The notes beneath the pieces were generated by a model that saw only the letters and a program-made list of their open reading frames with translations, was not told the origin of the DNA and made no database searches. 64,000 bases of DNA from Escherichia phage wV7. Both the position numbers and the translations under genes were made by a program. This document shows, in pieces, positions 41,766-54,110 of the stretch; position 1 is the stretch's first letter; each line of letters begins with the position of its first letter. Location: the sequence record NC_019505.1, one strand, 5' to 3'.

Positions 41766-42674
41766 TTAAAGGTCATTCAAAAGGTCATCCAGGTCCGTGT
41801 CATCAGCACTAGATGAACTACCAGAGCTTGAGCTCATAAAATCATCTTCAGTTTTTGTATTGAAGTCATCAACATTGAATGCATCCAAATCATCAGCAAC
41901 TTTATCAGCTTTCTTAGCAGCAGTTGCAGCGGCACCGCCCATCACAGCAGTTCCCATAACTTGACCGAATTTAGTATTCAGTTCTTCAAACGATTTGAAT
42001 TTATCTTTAGAAGTCATTTCAGAAAGGTCAACCATTTGTTCGAACAGTTCTTTCTGGAAAGATTCATCGTCAATGTTTGGAATCGCAGATTGATTCAGGA
42101 ATTTAGATTCGTCGTAGTTACTAAAACCAGAAACTTGTTTAACTTTCAGTACAAAGTTAGCACCTTCCCACGGACAAGTTACATCAACCGGAGTTTCACC
42201 CATTTCAACATCAACTGCAATCATTGCATTGATTTTATCCCAGATTTTCTTACCGAAACGGTATTTAAATACTTTACCTTCATTTTCTGGAGCAGCTGGG
42301 TCTTTTACTACAAGAATGTTAGCCCAGTAAGAAGTTTTACGTTTAACAAGACCGTACTCTTTATTGTCAGTGTTGTATAAATCATTTTTACTGATGTATT
42401 GACATACTGGGCAAGAATCGTAATCACCGTGGGTAGATGAACAGTTTTCAATATACCATTTACCATTTTTCTTGAAACCGTGATTTACAAGAATTGCGAA
42501 TGGTGCTTGTTCATCATTTTTAGACGGAAGAAAACGAATTACTGCTTGACCGTTACCCGCATTGTCGAGTTTCAGTTTCCACTCGCCTTTATCTTCAGAA
42601 GAAAAACCACCTTTATTTCCAGCCAGTTTAGCCATTTGTGCAGCGAGTTCAGCAGTAGATTTACGTTTAAACAT
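41766..42674 (-). CDS. 32: Single-stranded DNA-binding protein gp32
   Basis: 302 aa, [52 protein letters not shown]...; acidic C-terminal tail. Confidence 0.95.
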   Translation of the reverse strand: MFKRKSTAELAAQMAKLAGNKGGFSSEDKGEWKLKLDNAGNGQAVIRFLPSKNDEQAPFAILVNHGFKKNGKWYIENCSSTHGDYDSCPVCQYISKNDLYNTDNKEYGLVKRKTSYWANILVVKDPAAPENEGKVFKYRFGKKIWDKINAMIAVDVEMGETPVDVTCPWEGANFVLKVKQVSGFSNYDESKFLNQSAIPNIDDESFQKELFEQMVDLSEMTSKDKFKSFEELNTKFGQVMGTAVMGGAAATAAKKADKVADDLDAFNVDDFNTKTEDDFMSSSSGSSSSADDTDLDDLLNDL

Positions 42675-42773
42675 TTTTATTTCCTTTTTAATTTAATTAA
42701 CAGTTGGTGCTATGACGATGTATGACCTCATAGCTGGTCAGTGAGATAATTATAATCTATTTATAATAAGCAA

Positions 42774-43427
42774 TTAATACTTGCAAGATTTCACAGTTTC
42801 AATGAAAACATTTTTAGCTTTCTGTGAATCAATATTTAAAATTTTTCTATAAGCCTTTAACTTTATAGAATAATTATTCCAGACTAAATTATCAGTCTGT
42901 TCATCATGTTTATCAATTATATTTAAAAATGAATCAAGCAAGATAAACGTTTCAAACGAAATTATGTTCGACTGAAGCAGTTTAAAAATATAACTTGATT
43001 GAACCTTTGGATTATATTCAAAGATTTCTTTAAAAGCAGAAACTTCAACTTTTTTACTAAAATAATAAATGTTGCGAATATCTTCTTCAAACTTAAATTT
43101 AATTTGCTTTAAGCGTCCGATATATTCACGATAAAACACAAGTGCATCAGCGTCAGAGATGTCACCAATCCAAGCATCTTGGTTAGCAACCAAATTGCTT
43201 ATAAAGATTAAAGCAAGTTCCTTTAATTTATATTTTTCTGATAACTTCTGGAAAAAATACTTATCCCTTCGCTTTTGATAAGCGGCATCAGACACCCGCA
43301 TGCACCAATTATACTTAATAACATCATACTTTCCATTCATATGTTGTTTTATCATTAAGTATAATTTATAAACTGATTTACCATCAATGTATCTTTCACC
43401 ACCAGCAGGCATGCGGAGTTTAATCAT
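42774..43427 (-). CDS. 59: Helicase loader gp59
   Basis: 217 aa in the gene 59 position next to gene 32. Confidence 0.85.
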   Translation of the reverse strand: MIKLRMPAGGERYIDGKSVYKLYLMIKQHMNGKYDVIKYNWCMRVSDAAYQKRRDKYFFQKLSEKYKLKELALIFISNLVANQDAWIGDISDADALVFYREYIGRLKQIKFKFEEDIRNIYYFSKKVEVSAFKEIFEYNPKVQSSYIFKLLQSNIISFETFILLDSFLNIIDKHDEQTDNLVWNNYSIKLKAYRKILNIDSQKAKNVFIETVKSCKY

Positions 43428-43762
43428 AGTAGAAAATCTAATGTATTAGTTTTTTCACAACGAACAACAGAAGGACGTAAAAGATTTTCGTCAATAGCTT
43501 CTGACTGAATTTTTTCAATTATACCCGAAGGAATAAATTTAGCAAATTGAGTTTCAGGAATAGAATTTTCTTCCAAGAATGCTGTCGTAGCTTCAAGATA
43601 ACTCATTCCAAACTCTTCTACCATTTTTTCAATAATAAATCCATTTTCTTGGCGGTCAAGAAGCTTTGCAATTTCATCCTTTTCTTTCTTAATTGAAAGT
43701 TCTTTTTCTGAAAGCCCGGCCTCATCGACCGGGCGAATATCATTTAGAGAAAACTGTGTCAT
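43424..43762 (-). CDS. 33: Late transcription co-activator gp33 (112 aa from MTQFSLND)
   Basis: Sequence MTQFSLNDIRPVDE...RCEKTNTLDFLL as recalled for T4 gp33. Confidence 0.85.
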   Translation of the reverse strand: MTQFSLNDIRPVDEAGLSEKELSIKKEKDEIAKLLDRQENGFIIEKMVEEFGMSYLEATTAFLEENSIPETQFAKFIPSGIIEKIQSEAIDENLLRPSVVRCEKTNTLDFLL

Positions 43763-44009
43763 AAAGTTCAACTACCTCTTCAGTTTCAGCTTCAAACACA
43801 TCACGGTTATCTTTATGATATAGAGCCAAAAGACGATTAAACATCTTGCCATCAACACCAAGTTCATCTTTGGCACGAATTCGAATATCTTTAATCAATT
43901 CATTATAACCGGAAATTTTCAGTTTATGATCAGATGCTTCTTTAATAAATTTAGCCAAGTCTTCGCCGTGGATAGCTTCATCAAATTCAACCATTTCTTT
44001 TTTAGCCAT
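43740..44009 (-). CDS. dsbA: DsbA, dsDNA-binding late-transcription enhancer
   Basis: 89 aa ORF between rnh and gene 33. Confidence 0.8.
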   Translation of the reverse strand: MAKKEMVEFDEAIHGEDLAKFIKEASDHKLKISGYNELIKDIRIRAKDELGVDGKMFNRLLALYHKDNRDVFEAETEEVVELYDTVFSK

Positions 44010-44017
44010 TATTCACC

Positions 44018-44935
44018 TCAAAATTCATTAATGCTATTAGTTAATTTAGAAAGACCCGCTTTTACAAAATATGAATAAATTTTGCCACGCGGTGGTAATT
44101 TATATGAATTATAGTAATTCACAATGTTTGAAGCAATATTATCAGGAATATAATCAAAATCAATTAGAACTAAATTTTCTTTATAACGATTATATTCAGA
44201 TTCTGTTAGAAGCACCTTAGCTTGCTCACGGTCATTAGCAATAGCTTCAACGATTGAAGTTTTCATTGAAGGGGTTCGTTCACCTTCAACTTTGGTAAAC
44301 CAAAAGTCAGATCGTACTTTAACTGAAGCAACGTTATCCTTTTTGTCGCCTTTAAGGATTTTAGTCATACAGTCAATTTCAGCAGAACCGCTTTTAATTT
44401 TAACCCATTTCTTGTGCATCGGTGACCATTGCTTAACATTTGGATATTTGTGAAGTTGAGTAAAGTCACCATCAGATGAAATGATTAAAATCTTGTGTCC
44501 TTCTAAAGAGAACTTTTTAACAAGAACAGCAATGTGGTCATCTGCTTCATACTTATCGATATCCATAACAATGTATGGCATATAAGCTTTCAATTCATCT
44601 ATAACTTTATGACTGGATTCAAAATAACCTTCCCAGTCCCAAGTAGATTCTTCTCGTGCTTTTCCACGGTTTTTCTTATAATAATACGCGAAATCACGAC
44701 GCCAATATCCAGATTTCGCATTATCAATACACAGTACAATTTTAGTGTATCCAAGAGTTTTTGCTTTTTTGACATTAAACTTAATTGAGTTCAATATCAA
44801 ATGACGAACCATTGATAAATTAATTTTTTCTTTATCTGGAAAGTTTACCAAAGCAGTTGAAAGCGCAATTTGACTAAAGTCAATAAAGCAAATTCCTTCT
44901 TTGTAATCTTCATCCAGCATCATTTCTAAATCCAT
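44018..44935 (-). CDS. rnh: RNase H / 5'-3' exonuclease (FEN family)
   Basis: Starts MDLEMMLDEDYKEG... at an internal ATG (305 aa); the track ORF adds 5 upstream codons. Confidence 0.9.
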   Translation of the reverse strand: MDLEMMLDEDYKEGICFIDFSQIALSTALVNFPDKEKINLSMVRHLILNSIKFNVKKAKTLGYTKIVLCIDNAKSGYWRRDFAYYYKKNRGKAREESTWDWEGYFESSHKVIDELKAYMPYIVMDIDKYEADDHIAVLVKKFSLEGHKILIISSDGDFTQLHKYPNVKQWSPMHKKWVKIKSGSAEIDCMTKILKGDKKDNVASVKVRSDFWFTKVEGERTPSMKTSIVEAIANDREQAKVLLTESEYNRYKENLVLIDFDYIPDNIASNIVNYYNSYKLPPRGKIYSYFVKAGLSKLTNSINEF

Positions 44936-45006
44936 ATGAACCTCGTTCAATTAGTGAGATTTCTATTATATACCATCCAAATCTTAAAGTAAACAAGTAT
45001 AAATAC

Positions 45007-45014
45007 TTATTATT
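45007..45014 (+). promoter_or_regulatory. Late promoter TATAAATA upstream of gene 34
   Basis: Exact motif about 25 nt upstream of the gene 34 ATG. Confidence 0.65.
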
Positions 45015-45039
45015 GAAAACACAATAGGAGCCCGGGAGA

Positions 45040-48000
45040 ATGGCCGAGATTAAAAGAAAGTTCAGAGCAGAAGACGGTCTGGACGCAGGTGGTGATAAAA
45101 TAATCAACGTAGCTTTAGCTGATCGTACCGTAGGAACTGACGGTGTAAACGTTGATTACTTAATTCAAGAAAACACAGTTCAACAATATGATCCAACTCG
45201 TGGATATTTAAAAGATTTTGTAATCATTTATGATAACCGCTTTTGGGCTGCTATAAATGATATTCCAAAACCAGCAGGAGCTTTTAATAGCGTACGATGG
45301 AGAGCGTTACGCACTGATGCAAACTGGACAACTGTTTCGTCAGGACCCTATCAATTAAAATCAGGCGAATCGATTTCAGTTAACACCGCAGCGGGTAATG
45401 ACATTACATTTACTTTGCCATCTTCTCCAATTGATGGTGATACTATCGTTCTCCAAGATATTGGAGGAAAACCTGGAGTTAACCAGGTTTTAATTACAGC
45501 TCCGGTACAAAGCATTGTAAACTTTAGAGGTCAACAAGTACGCTCAGTACTAATGACTCATCCAAAATCACAGATAGTTTTAATTTTTAGTAATCGTCTG
45601 TGGCAAATGTATGTTGCTGATTATAGCAGAGAAGCGGCAGTTGTAACACCGGCAAGTCTTTATCAAGCGCAATCAAACGATTTTATCGTGCGTAGATTTA
45701 CTTCTGCTTCAGCAATTAATATTAAACTTCCTAGATTTGCTAATCATGGGGATATTATTAATTTTGTTGATTTAGATAAATTAAATCCGTTATATCATAC
45801 TATCGTTACTACATACGATGAAACTACTTCTGTACAAGAAGTTGGAACTCATTCCATTGAAGGTCGTACATCTATTGATGGTTTCTTGATGTTTGATGAT
45901 AATGAGAAATTGTGGAGATTGTTTGACGGGGATAGTAAAGCACGTTTACGCATTATAACGACTAATTCTAATATTCGTCCAAATGAAGAAGTCATGGTAT
46001 TTGGCGCGAATAATGGAACAACCCAAACAATTGAACTTCAGCTTCCAACTGATATTTCTATCGGTGATACTGTTAAGATTTCCATGAATTATATGAGAAA
46101 AGGACAAACAGTTAAAATCAAAGCTGCCGGTGAAGATAAAATTGCTTCTTCAGTTCAATTGCTGCAATTTCCAAAACGTTCAGAATACCCACCTGAAACT
46201 AAATGGGTGACTGTTCAAGAATTAGTTTTTAATGGCGAAACCAATTATGTTCCAGTTTTACAGCTTGCTTATATCGAAGATTCTGACGGAAAATATTGGG
46301 TTGTACAGCAAAACGTTCCAACTGTAGAAAGAGTAGACTCTTTAAATAATTCTACTAGAGCAAGATTAGGGGTAATTGCTTTAGCTACACAAGCTCAAGC
46401 TAATGCTGATTTAGAAAATTCTCCACAAAAAGAATTGGCAATTACTCCAGAAACGTTAGCTAATCGTACTGCTACAGAAACTCGTAGAGGTATTGCAAGA
46501 ATAGCAACTACTGCTCAAGTTAACCAGGATACTACATTCTCTTTTGCTGATGATATTATCATCACTCCTAAAAAGCTGAATGAAAGAACAGCTACTGAAA
46601 CTCGTAGGGGTGTCGCTGAAATTGCTACGCAACAGGAAACTAATACAGGTACTGATGATACGACAATCATCACTCCTAAAAAGCTTCAAGCTCGCCAAGG
46701 TTCTGAATCATTATCTGGTATTGTAACTTTTGTATCTACTGCAGGTGCTACTCCAGCTTCTAGCCGTGAATTAAATGGTACGAATGTTTATAATAAAAAC
46801 ACTAATAATTTAGTTGTTTCACCTAAAGCTTTGGATCAGTATAAAGCTACTCCAACACAGCAAGGTGCAGTAATTTTAGCAGTTGAAAGTGAAGTAATTG
46901 CTGGTCAAAGTCAAGAAGGATGGGCAAATGCTGTTGTAACTCCAGAAACGTTACACAAAAAGACATCAACTGATGGAAGAATTGGATTAATTGAAATTGC
47001 TACGCAAAGTGAAGTTAATACAGGAACTGATTATACTCGTGCAGTCACTCCTAAAACTTTAAATGACCGTAGAGCAACTGAAAGTTTAAGTGGTATAGCT
47101 GAAATTGCTACACAAGTTGAATTCGACGCGGGCGTCGACGATACTCGTATCTCTACACCATTAAAAATTAAAACCAGATTTAATAGTACTGATCGTACTT
47201 CTGTTGTTGCTCTATCTGGATTAGTTGAATCAGGAACTCTCTGGGACCATTATACCCTTAATATTCTTGAAGCAAACGAGACACAACGTGGTACACTTCG
47301 TGTAGCTACACAAGTCGAAGCTGCTGCAGGAACATTAGATAATGTTTTAATAACTCCTAAAAAGCTTTTAGGTACTAAATCTACTGAAGCGCAAGAAGGT
47401 GTTATTAAAGTTGCAACACAAACCGAAACTGTTGCTGGTACATCATCTAATACTGCTGTATCTCCAAAGAATTTAAAATGGATCGTGCAGAGTGAACCTA
47501 CTTGGGCAGCTACTACTACAGTAAGAGGCTTTGTTAAAACTTCATCTGGTTCAATTACATTCGTTGGTAATGATACAGCCGGTTCTACTCAGGACTTAGA
47601 GCTATACGAGAAAAATAGCTATGCAGTATCACCATACGAATTAAACCGTGTATTAGCAAATTATTTGCCATTAAAAGCAAAAGCTGCAGATAGTAATTTA
47701 TTGGATGGTCTAGATTCATCTCAGTTCATTCGTAGGGATATTGCACAGACGGTTAATGGTTCACTAACCTTAACCCAACAAACGAATCTGAGTGCCCCTC
47801 TTGTATCATCTAGTACTGCTACGTTTGGTGGATCAGTTTCGGCAAATAGTACATTAACTATTTCTAATACTGGAACGGCAACTCGTCTGATTTTTGAGAA
47901 AGGACCTCAAACTGGAACAAACCCAGCCCAAACGATGACTGTTAGAGTGTGGGGAAATCAATTTAGTGGGGAATTAGATACAACACGTTCTACCGTATTT

Positions 48001-48909
48001 GAAGTTAGTGATGAAACATCTAGTCATTTTTATTCTCAGCGCAATAAAGCTGGAAATATAACATTTAATATCAACGGTACAGTAACACCTATAAATGTTA
48101 ATGCTTCAGGAACATTGAATGCAAATGGTGTAGCAACATTTGGTAATTCAGTCACTGCAACTGGTGAAATTATTTCTCGAAGCGCAAATGCTTTCCGTGC
48201 TATTAACGGAAATTACGGTTTCATTGTTCGCAATGATGGATCAGTAACGAATTTTATGCTTACTGCATCGGGTGATCAGACTGGTGGATTTAATGGATTA
48301 CGCCCATTAGCTATTAATAATGCATCTGGCCAAGTAACGATTGGTGAAAGCTTAATCATTGCCAAAGGTGCTACTATAAATTCAGGTGGTTTGACTGTTA
48401 ACTCGAGAATTCGTTCTCAAGGTACTAAAACATCTGACTTATATACACGTGCGCCAACATCTGATACTGTAGGATTCTGGTCAATTGATATTAACGATTC
48501 AGCTACTTATAACCAGTTCCCAGGTTATTTTAAAATGGTTGAAAAAACTAATGAAGTGACTGGTCTTCCATATTTAGAACGTGGCGAAGAAGTTAAATCT
48601 CCTGGTACACTGACTCAGTTTGGTAACACACTTGATTCGCTTTACCAAGATTGGATTACTTATCCAACGACACCAGAAGCGCGTACCACTCGCTGGACAC
48701 GTACATGGCAGAAAACCAAAAACTCTTGGTCAAGTTTTGTTCAGGTATTTGATGGAGGTAACCCTCCTCAGCCATCTGATATTGGTGCTTTACCATCTGA
48801 TAATGCTATAATGGGGAATCTTACTATTCGTGATTTCTTACGAATTGGTAATGTTCGCATTATTCCTGACCCAGTGAATAAAACTGTTAAATTTGAATGG
48901 GTTGAATAA
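45040..48909 (+). CDS. 34: Long tail fibre proximal subunit gp34
   Basis: 1289 aa; repeated (T/E)ATETRRG...ATQ...ITPKKL motif units; first gene of the tail-fibre operon. Confidence 0.92.
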   Translation: MAEIKRKFRAEDGLDAGGDKIINVALADRTVGTDGVNVDYLIQENTVQQYDPTRGYLKDFVIIYDNRFWAAINDIPKPAGAFNSVRWRALRTDANWTTVSSGPYQLKSGESISVNTAAGNDITFTLPSSPIDGDTIVLQDIGGKPGVNQVLITAPVQSIVNFRGQQVRSVLMTHPKSQIVLIFSNRLWQMYVADYSREAAVVTPASLYQAQSNDFIVRRFTSASAINIKLPRFANHGDIINFVDLDKLNPLYHTIVTTYDETTSVQEVGTHSIEGRTSIDGFLMFDDNEKLWRLFDGDSKARLRIITTNSNIRPNEEVMVFGANNGTTQTIELQLPTDISIGDTVKISMNYMRKGQTVKIKAAGEDKIASSVQLLQFPKRSEYPPETKWVTVQELVFNGETNYVPVLQLAYIEDSDGKYWVVQQNVPTVERVDSLNNSTRARLGVIALATQAQANADLENSPQKELAITPETLANRTATETRRGIARIATTAQVNQDTTFSFADDIIITPKKLNERTATETRRGVAEIATQQETNTGTDDTTIITPKKLQARQGSESLSGIVTFVSTAGATPASSRELNGTNVYNKNTNNLVVSPKALDQYKATPTQQGAVILAVESEVIAGQSQEGWANAVVTPETLHKKTSTDGRIGLIEIATQSEVNTGTDYTRAVTPKTLNDRRATESLSGIAEIATQVEFDAGVDDTRISTPLKIKTRFNSTDRTSVVALSGLVESGTLWDHYTLNILEANETQRGTLRVATQVEAAAGTLDNVLITPKKLLGTKSTEAQEGVIKVATQTETVAGTSSNTAVSPKNLKWIVQSEPTWAATTTVRGFVKTSSGSITFVGNDTAGSTQDLELYEKNSYAVSPYELNRVLANYLPLKAKAADSNLLDGLDSSQFIRRDIAQTVNGSLTLTQQTNLSAPLVSSSTATFGGSVSANSTLTISNTGTATRLIFEKGPQTGTNPAQTMTVRVWGNQFSGELDTTRSTVFEVSDETSSHFYSQRNKAGNITFNINGTVTPINVNASGTLNANGVATFGNSVTATGEIISRSANAFRAINGNYGFIVRNDGSVTNFMLTASGDQTGGFNGLRPLAINNASGQVTIGESLIIAKGATINSGGLTVNSRIRSQGTKTSDLYTRAPTSDTVGFWSIDINDSATYNQFPGYFKMVEKTNEVTGLPYLERGEEVKSPGTLTQFGNTLDSLYQDWITYPTTPEARTTRWTRTWQKTKNSWSSFVQVFDGGNPPQPSDIGALPSDNAIMGNLTIRDFLRIGNVRIIPDPVNKTVKFEWVE

Positions 48910-48917
48910 GAGGTATT

Positions 48918-50033
48918 ATGGAAAAATTTATGGCAAAGTTTGGACAAGGATATGTCCAAACGCCATTTTTATCGGAAAGTAATTCAGTAAGATATAAAAT
49001 AAGTATAGCGGGTTCTTGCCCGCTTTCTACAGCAGGACCATATGTCAAATTTCAGGATAATCCTATCGGAAGTCAAACATTTAACGCAGGTCTTCATTTA
49101 AGAGTTTTTGACCCTTCTACAGGAGCATTGGTTGATAGTAAGTCATATGTTTTTTCTACTTCAAATGATACAACATCTGCTGCTTTTGTTAGTTTCATGA
49201 ACTCTTTGACGAATAATAGACTTGTTGCTATATTAACTAGCGGAAAGGTTAATTTTCCTCCTGAGGTAGTATCTTGGCTAAGAGTTGCGGGAACGTCTGC
49301 TTTTCCATCTGATTCTATATTGTCAAGATTTGACGTATCATATGCTGCCTTTTATACTTCTTCTAAAAGAGCTATTGCATTAGAACATGTTAAACTGAGT
49401 AATAGAAAAAGCACAGATGATTATCAAACTATTTTAGATGTTGTATTTGACAGTTTAGAAGACGTTGGAGCTACCGGGTTTCCAAGAAGAACATATGAAA
49501 GCGTTGAGCAGTTTATGTCAGCGGTTGGTGGAACTAATAACGAAATTGCACGTCTACCAACTTCATCCGCGATAAGTAAACTTTCTGACTACAATTTAAT
49601 TCCTGGCGATGTTCTTTATCTTAAAGCACAACTATATGCTGATGCCGATTTACTTGCTCTTGGAACTACAAATATATCCATCCGTTTTTATGATGAATCG
49701 GATGGATATATTTCTTCAACACATGCTGAGTTTACTGGACAAGCTGAGTCATGGGAATTAAAGGAAGACTATGTAGTTGTTCCTGAAAATGCAGTAGGAT
49801 TTACGATATATGCACAAAGAACTGCACAAGCAGGTCAAGGTGGCATGAGGAATTTAAGTTTTTCTGAAGTATCAAGAAATGGCGGAATTTCAAAACCTGC
49901 AGAATTTGGCGTCAATGGTATTCGAGTTAATTATGTCTGTGAATCTGCTTCACCTCCAGATATAATGGTATTTCCTACACAAGCATCGTCTAAAACTGGT
50001 AAAGTGTTTGGACAAGAATTTAGAGAAGTTTAA
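48918..50033 (+). CDS. 35: Long tail fibre hinge protein gp35
   Basis: 371 aa in the gene 35 position. Confidence 0.85.
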   Translation: MEKFMAKFGQGYVQTPFLSESNSVRYKISIAGSCPLSTAGPYVKFQDNPIGSQTFNAGLHLRVFDPSTGALVDSKSYVFSTSNDTTSAAFVSFMNSLTNNRLVAILTSGKVNFPPEVVSWLRVAGTSAFPSDSILSRFDVSYAAFYTSSKRAIALEHVKLSNRKSTDDYQTILDVVFDSLEDVGATGFPRRTYESVEQFMSAVGGTNNEIARLPTSSAISKLSDYNLIPGDVLYLKAQLYADADLLALGTTNISIRFYDESDGYISSTHAEFTGQAESWELKEDYVVVPENAVGFTIYAQRTAQAGQGGMRNLSFSEVSRNGGISKPAEFGVNGIRVNYVCESASPPDIMVFPTQASSKTGKVFGQEFREV

Positions 50034-50038
50034 ATTGA

Positions 50039-50061
50039 GGGAGCCTTCGGGTTCCCTTTTT
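50039..50061 (+). terminator. Hairpin GGGAGCC-TTCG-GGTTCCC plus T-run after gene 35
   Basis: Stem with one G-U pair, UUCG loop, T5 run. Confidence 0.6.
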
Positions 50062-50064
50062 CTT

Positions 50065-50072
50065 TATAAATA
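50065..50072 (+). promoter_or_regulatory. Late promoter TATAAATA upstream of gene 36
   Basis: Exact motif about 24 nt upstream of the gene 36 ATG. Confidence 0.65.
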
Positions 50073-50095
50073 CTATTAAAATAAAGGGGCATACA

Positions 50096-50752
50096 ATGGC
50101 TGATTTAAAAGTAGGTTCAACAACCGGAGGCTCTGTCATTTGGCATCAAGGAAATTTTCCATTGAATCCAGCCGGTGACGATGTACTCTATAAATCATTT
50201 AAAATATATTCAGAATATAATAAACCACAAGCTGCTGATAACGATTTCGTTTCTAAAGCTAATGGCGGTACTTATTTAAATAAAGTAATTTTTAATAAAG
50301 GAATGACTGTTCCTGGCGCAGGGTCAGGTGATAATGGTATTTTTGCTGGTCCTGGTGATAGTGCCACGTATGATACTACAAATATGGATATTGTTTCGTG
50401 GTATGGTATTGGTTTTAAATCATCACAAGGAACAGCAGGTAGAACTGTAGTAATTAACACACGAAATGGAGATATTAGCTCAAAGGGCGTAATTGAAGCA
50501 TCACAAATCCGTGTAACTTCGTTATCACCAGTAAATAATTATGACCTTACGCGGAAAGATTATGTTGATGGAGCAATAAATATTGTTACAGCAAACGCAA
50601 ACTCTAGGGTATTACGCTCTGGAGACACTATGACAGGAAATTTAACTGCGCCAAACCTTTTTTCACAGAATCCTGCATCTCAACCCTCGCATGTTCCACG
50701 ATTTGACCAAATTGTTATTAAGGATTCTGTTCAAGATTTCGGCTATTATTAA
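50096..50752 (+). CDS. 36: Long tail fibre distal connector gp36
   Basis: 218 aa in the gene 36 position. Confidence 0.85.
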   Translation: MADLKVGSTTGGSVIWHQGNFPLNPAGDDVLYKSFKIYSEYNKPQAADNDFVSKANGGTYLNKVIFNKGMTVPGAGSGDNGIFAGPGDSATYDTTNMDIVSWYGIGFKSSQGTAGRTVVINTRNGDISSKGVIEASQIRVTSLSPVNNYDLTRKDYVDGAINIVTANANSRVLRSGDTMTGNLTAPNLFSQNPASQPSHVPRFDQIVIKDSVQDFGYY

Positions 50753-50760
50753 GAGGACTT

Positions 50761-53700
50761 ATGGCTACTTTAAAACAAATACAATTTAAAAGAAGCAAAA
50801 CTGCAGGAGCACGTCCTGCCGCTTCAGTATTAGCCGAAGGTGAATTGGCTATAAACTTAAAAGACCGTGTACTTTTTACTAAAGATGACCAAGGAAATAT
50901 TATTGATCTGGGTTTTGCTAAAGGCGGTAGTATTGACGGGAATGTTATTCATACAGGCAATTATAACCAAACTGGCGATTATACTTTAAATGGCACATTC
51001 ACTCAGACAGGTAATTTTAATTTAACTGGTATTGCTCGAGTAACTCGTGATATTATTGCCGCCGGGCAGATTATGACTGAAGGCGGAGAACTTATTACAA
51101 AAAGTTCAGGTACAGCGCATGTTCGTTTTTTCGATGGCAATAGTCGCGAACGTGGAATCATTTATGCCCCGGCTAATGATGGTTTAACTACACAAGTACT
51201 TAATATCAGGGTTCAAGACTACGCCGCTGGTAGCGAAAGCACTTATGCATTTTCAGGCAGTGGCCTATTTACTTCACCTGAAGTATCAGCATGGAAATCT
51301 ATTTCGTCTCCACAAATTCTGACCGATAAAGTTATTACAAATGGGAAGAAGACAGGCGATTATGACATCTATTCATTAGCAAATAACACCCCATTATCTG
51401 AAAGCACTACTGCTATTAATCATCTTCGTGTCATGCGTAATGCCGTTGGTTCTGGTATTTTCCATGAAGTTAAAGATAATGATGGGATAACCTGGTATGC
51501 CGGTGACGGGTTGGAGGCTTATCTTTGGTCGTTTACGTGGTCCGGTGGGTTGAAAGCGGGTCATTCTATTTCTATAGGTACCCCAGGCGGTCCAAAAGGA
51601 TATTCTGAATTAGGAACTGCTTCGATTGCTCTTGGTGATAATGACACCGGGTTAAAATGGCACCATGATGGATATTATTTCAGCGTCAATAATGGAACGA
51701 AAACATTTTTATTTAGTCCTAGCGAAACAACTAGCCTAAGAAAATTTGTAGCTGGATATTCTACTAACGGAACCGATTTAACTACTCCTCCGACTGAAAA
51801 CTATGCTCTTGCTACTGTCGTGACATATCACGATAATAACGCGTTTGGAGATGGTCAAACTCTTTTAGGATATTATCAAGGCGGTAACTATCATCACTAT
51901 TTCCGCGGTAAGGGTACCACAAACATTAATACTCATGGCGGTTTGTTAGTTACTCCAGGTAATATTGACGTTATTGGTGGTTCTGTTAATATCGATGGTA
52001 GAAATAATTCTTCTACACTGATGTTTAGAGGTAACACAACTGGTAGTAGTTCAGTTGATAATATGACAATTTCCGTTTGGGGCAATACGTTTACTAATCC
52101 TAGTGAAGGTACCCGTAAAAATGTTATGGAAATTTCTGATGCAACTAGCTGGATGAGCTATATTCAACGAACAACTGCAGGTAAAGTTGAATCGGTTATA
52201 AATGGCACCCAGATTGTTAATGAAAACTTGACCGTAGTAAAAAATGCTACATTTGATGGTACAATCAGCGCAGCAGGTGAAATTTCATCTGGTGCAGTGA
52301 ATGCGCTTCGCATTTGGAACGCAGATTATGGAGCCATTTTTAGACGTTCAGAAGGTAGTCTTCATATTATTCCAACTGCTTATGGTGAAGGCAAAAATGG
52401 TGATATCGGTCCACTTCGCCCGTTTAGTATGGCTTTAGATACTGGTAAAGTTACTATTCCAGATTTACAATCAAGTTACAATACGTTTGCTGCTAACGGT
52501 TATATTAAATTTGTTGGTCATGGAGCGGGTGCAGGTGGTTATGATATTCAGTATTCACAAGCTGCTCCTATTTTCCAAGAAATCGATGATGCTGCTGTAA
52601 GCAAATATTATCCTATTGTTAAACAGAAGTTTTTAAATGGTAAAGCTGTCTGGTCTTTGGGTACTGAAATTAATTCAGGTACATTTGTTTTACATCATTT
52701 GAAAGAAGATGGTTCACAAGGCCATACATCAAGATTTAATGCTGATGGTACAGTTAATTTCCCCGATAATGTTCAAGTCGGCGGCGGTGAAGCTACTATT
52801 GCTAGAAACGGTAATATCTTCTCTGATATTTGGAAAACATTTACTTCTGCCGGAGATACTACAAATATTCACGATGCGATAGCTACTCGTGTTGCCAAAG
52901 AAGGCGATACGATGACTGGCAAATTAATCGTTAGAAGAGGCTCTGACGCTATTAACATTGCTGCCGATGAAAATGATTCTTGCTATTTACTTGGAACATC
53001 GGGTGGAGCGAATTCATGGTACATCGGTAAAGGAGGAGCAGATGACACTGCTTCATTTTATAATTTCAAAACTACCGCAGGAATTACTCTTAATAGTGTT
53101 GGTGATATTGATTTTAACGTCAAAAATCAAGCTACTGCAGCTTCATTAAATTTTTATCGTTTATATTTAAATGGAAGACAATGGACAGCTACACAAGGTC
53201 ACGGCTATAATAATCAATGGCAAACAGAAGCCCCATTCTTCGTTGACTTTGGTGAATCTGTTCCGAAAGATAGTTATATGCCTATAATTAAAGGAAGAAG
53301 CCAAATCATTAACGAAGGATATGCCACAAAGGCAGATTTTGGTATTATTCGATTGGGTGGAAATGCTACTTGGGGAAATGCAGTAATTCGTGTTGGTTCT
53401 GCGGAAAGCGGAGATAGCAGTCATCCTAATGCAATATTTGTGTTTCAGGCTAATGGTGATTTTAAAGCTCCGGTTGGCCTTCGTGCTGGTGTTAACTTGG
53501 GCGTCGGCACAATTCCAGTATGGGGCGGAGCATCTATCGCCATCGGGGATGATGATACCGGTTTAGTTCATGGCGGCGATGGTCGAATTAATATGTATGC
53601 TAACTCGCAGCATATAGCATCATGGGGCACGATGTATCAATCTCATCCAGGCCTTTGGGATTCAAATGGAGCTTTTTGGACAGAAGTTGGCAAAGCAATT

Positions 53701-54105
53701 ATTTCTCATGGCCATTTAGTTCAGGCGAATGACAGCTATTCAACGTATGTCCGCGATGTTTATGTCCGCTCTGATATTCGTGTTAAAAAGGACCTAGTTA
53801 AATTTGAAAATGCTTCTGAGAAGCTTTCAAAAATTAATGGTTACACTTATATGCAGAAGCGAGGCCTAGATGAAGAAGGTAATCAGAAATGGGAACCAAA
53901 CGCTGGGTTAATTGCTCAAGAAGTTCAAGCTATTTTACCTGAATTGGTTGAAGGCGATCAGGATAGTGAAGCTTTACTTCGTTTGAACTATAACGGTGTA
54001 ATTGGTTTAAATACAGCTGCAATCAATGAGCATACTGCAGAAATTGCAGAACTTAAGTCAGAGATTGAAGAGCTTAAAAAATTAGTTAAATCATTGTTAA
54101 AATAA
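50761..54105 (+). CDS. 37: Long tail fibre distal subunit gp37 with C-terminal chaperone-like module
   Basis: 1114 aa; N-terminus shares motifs with gp34; C-terminus ...[15 protein letters not shown]...[22 protein letters not shown]. Confidence 0.9.
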   Translation: MATLKQIQFKRSKTAGARPAASVLAEGELAINLKDRVLFTKDDQGNIIDLGFAKGGSIDGNVIHTGNYNQTGDYTLNGTFTQTGNFNLTGIARVTRDIIAAGQIMTEGGELITKSSGTAHVRFFDGNSRERGIIYAPANDGLTTQVLNIRVQDYAAGSESTYAFSGSGLFTSPEVSAWKSISSPQILTDKVITNGKKTGDYDIYSLANNTPLSESTTAINHLRVMRNAVGSGIFHEVKDNDGITWYAGDGLEAYLWSFTWSGGLKAGHSISIGTPGGPKGYSELGTASIALGDNDTGLKWHHDGYYFSVNNGTKTFLFSPSETTSLRKFVAGYSTNGTDLTTPPTENYALATVVTYHDNNAFGDGQTLLGYYQGGNYHHYFRGKGTTNINTHGGLLVTPGNIDVIGGSVNIDGRNNSSTLMFRGNTTGSSSVDNMTISVWGNTFTNPSEGTRKNVMEISDATSWMSYIQRTTAGKVESVINGTQIVNENLTVVKNATFDGTISAAGEISSGAVNALRIWNADYGAIFRRSEGSLHIIPTAYGEGKNGDIGPLRPFSMALDTGKVTIPDLQSSYNTFAANGYIKFVGHGAGAGGYDIQYSQAAPIFQEIDDAAVSKYYPIVKQKFLNGKAVWSLGTEINSGTFVLHHLKEDGSQGHTSRFNADGTVNFPDNVQVGGGEATIARNGNIFSDIWKTFTSAGDTTNIHDAIATRVAKEGDTMTGKLIVRRGSDAINIAADENDSCYLLGTSGGANSWYIGKGGADDTASFYNFKTTAGITLNSVGDIDFNVKNQATAASLNFYRLYLNGRQWTATQGHGYNNQWQTEAPFFVDFGESVPKDSYMPIIKGRSQIINEGYATKADFGIIRLGGNATWGNAVIRVGSAESGDSSHPNAIFVFQANGDFKAPVGLRAGVNLGVGTIPVWGGASIAIGDDDTGLVHGGDGRINMYANSQHIASWGTMYQSHPGLWDSNGAFWTEVGKAIISHGHLVQANDSYSTYVRDVYVRSDIRVKKDLVKFENASEKLSKINGYTYMQKRGLDEEGNQKWEPNAGLIAQEVQAILPELVEGDQDSEALLRLNYNGVIGLNTAAINEHTAEIAELKSEIEELKKLVKSLLK

Positions 54106-54110
54106 AATGA

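Noticed and set aside
45040-48909. Periodic repeats in gp34 that could be mistaken for a repeat array
   Set aside because: They are in-frame protein repeats (ATETRRG...ITPKKL units) of the tail fibre, with no spacer/repeat structure, so not CRISPR or satellite DNA
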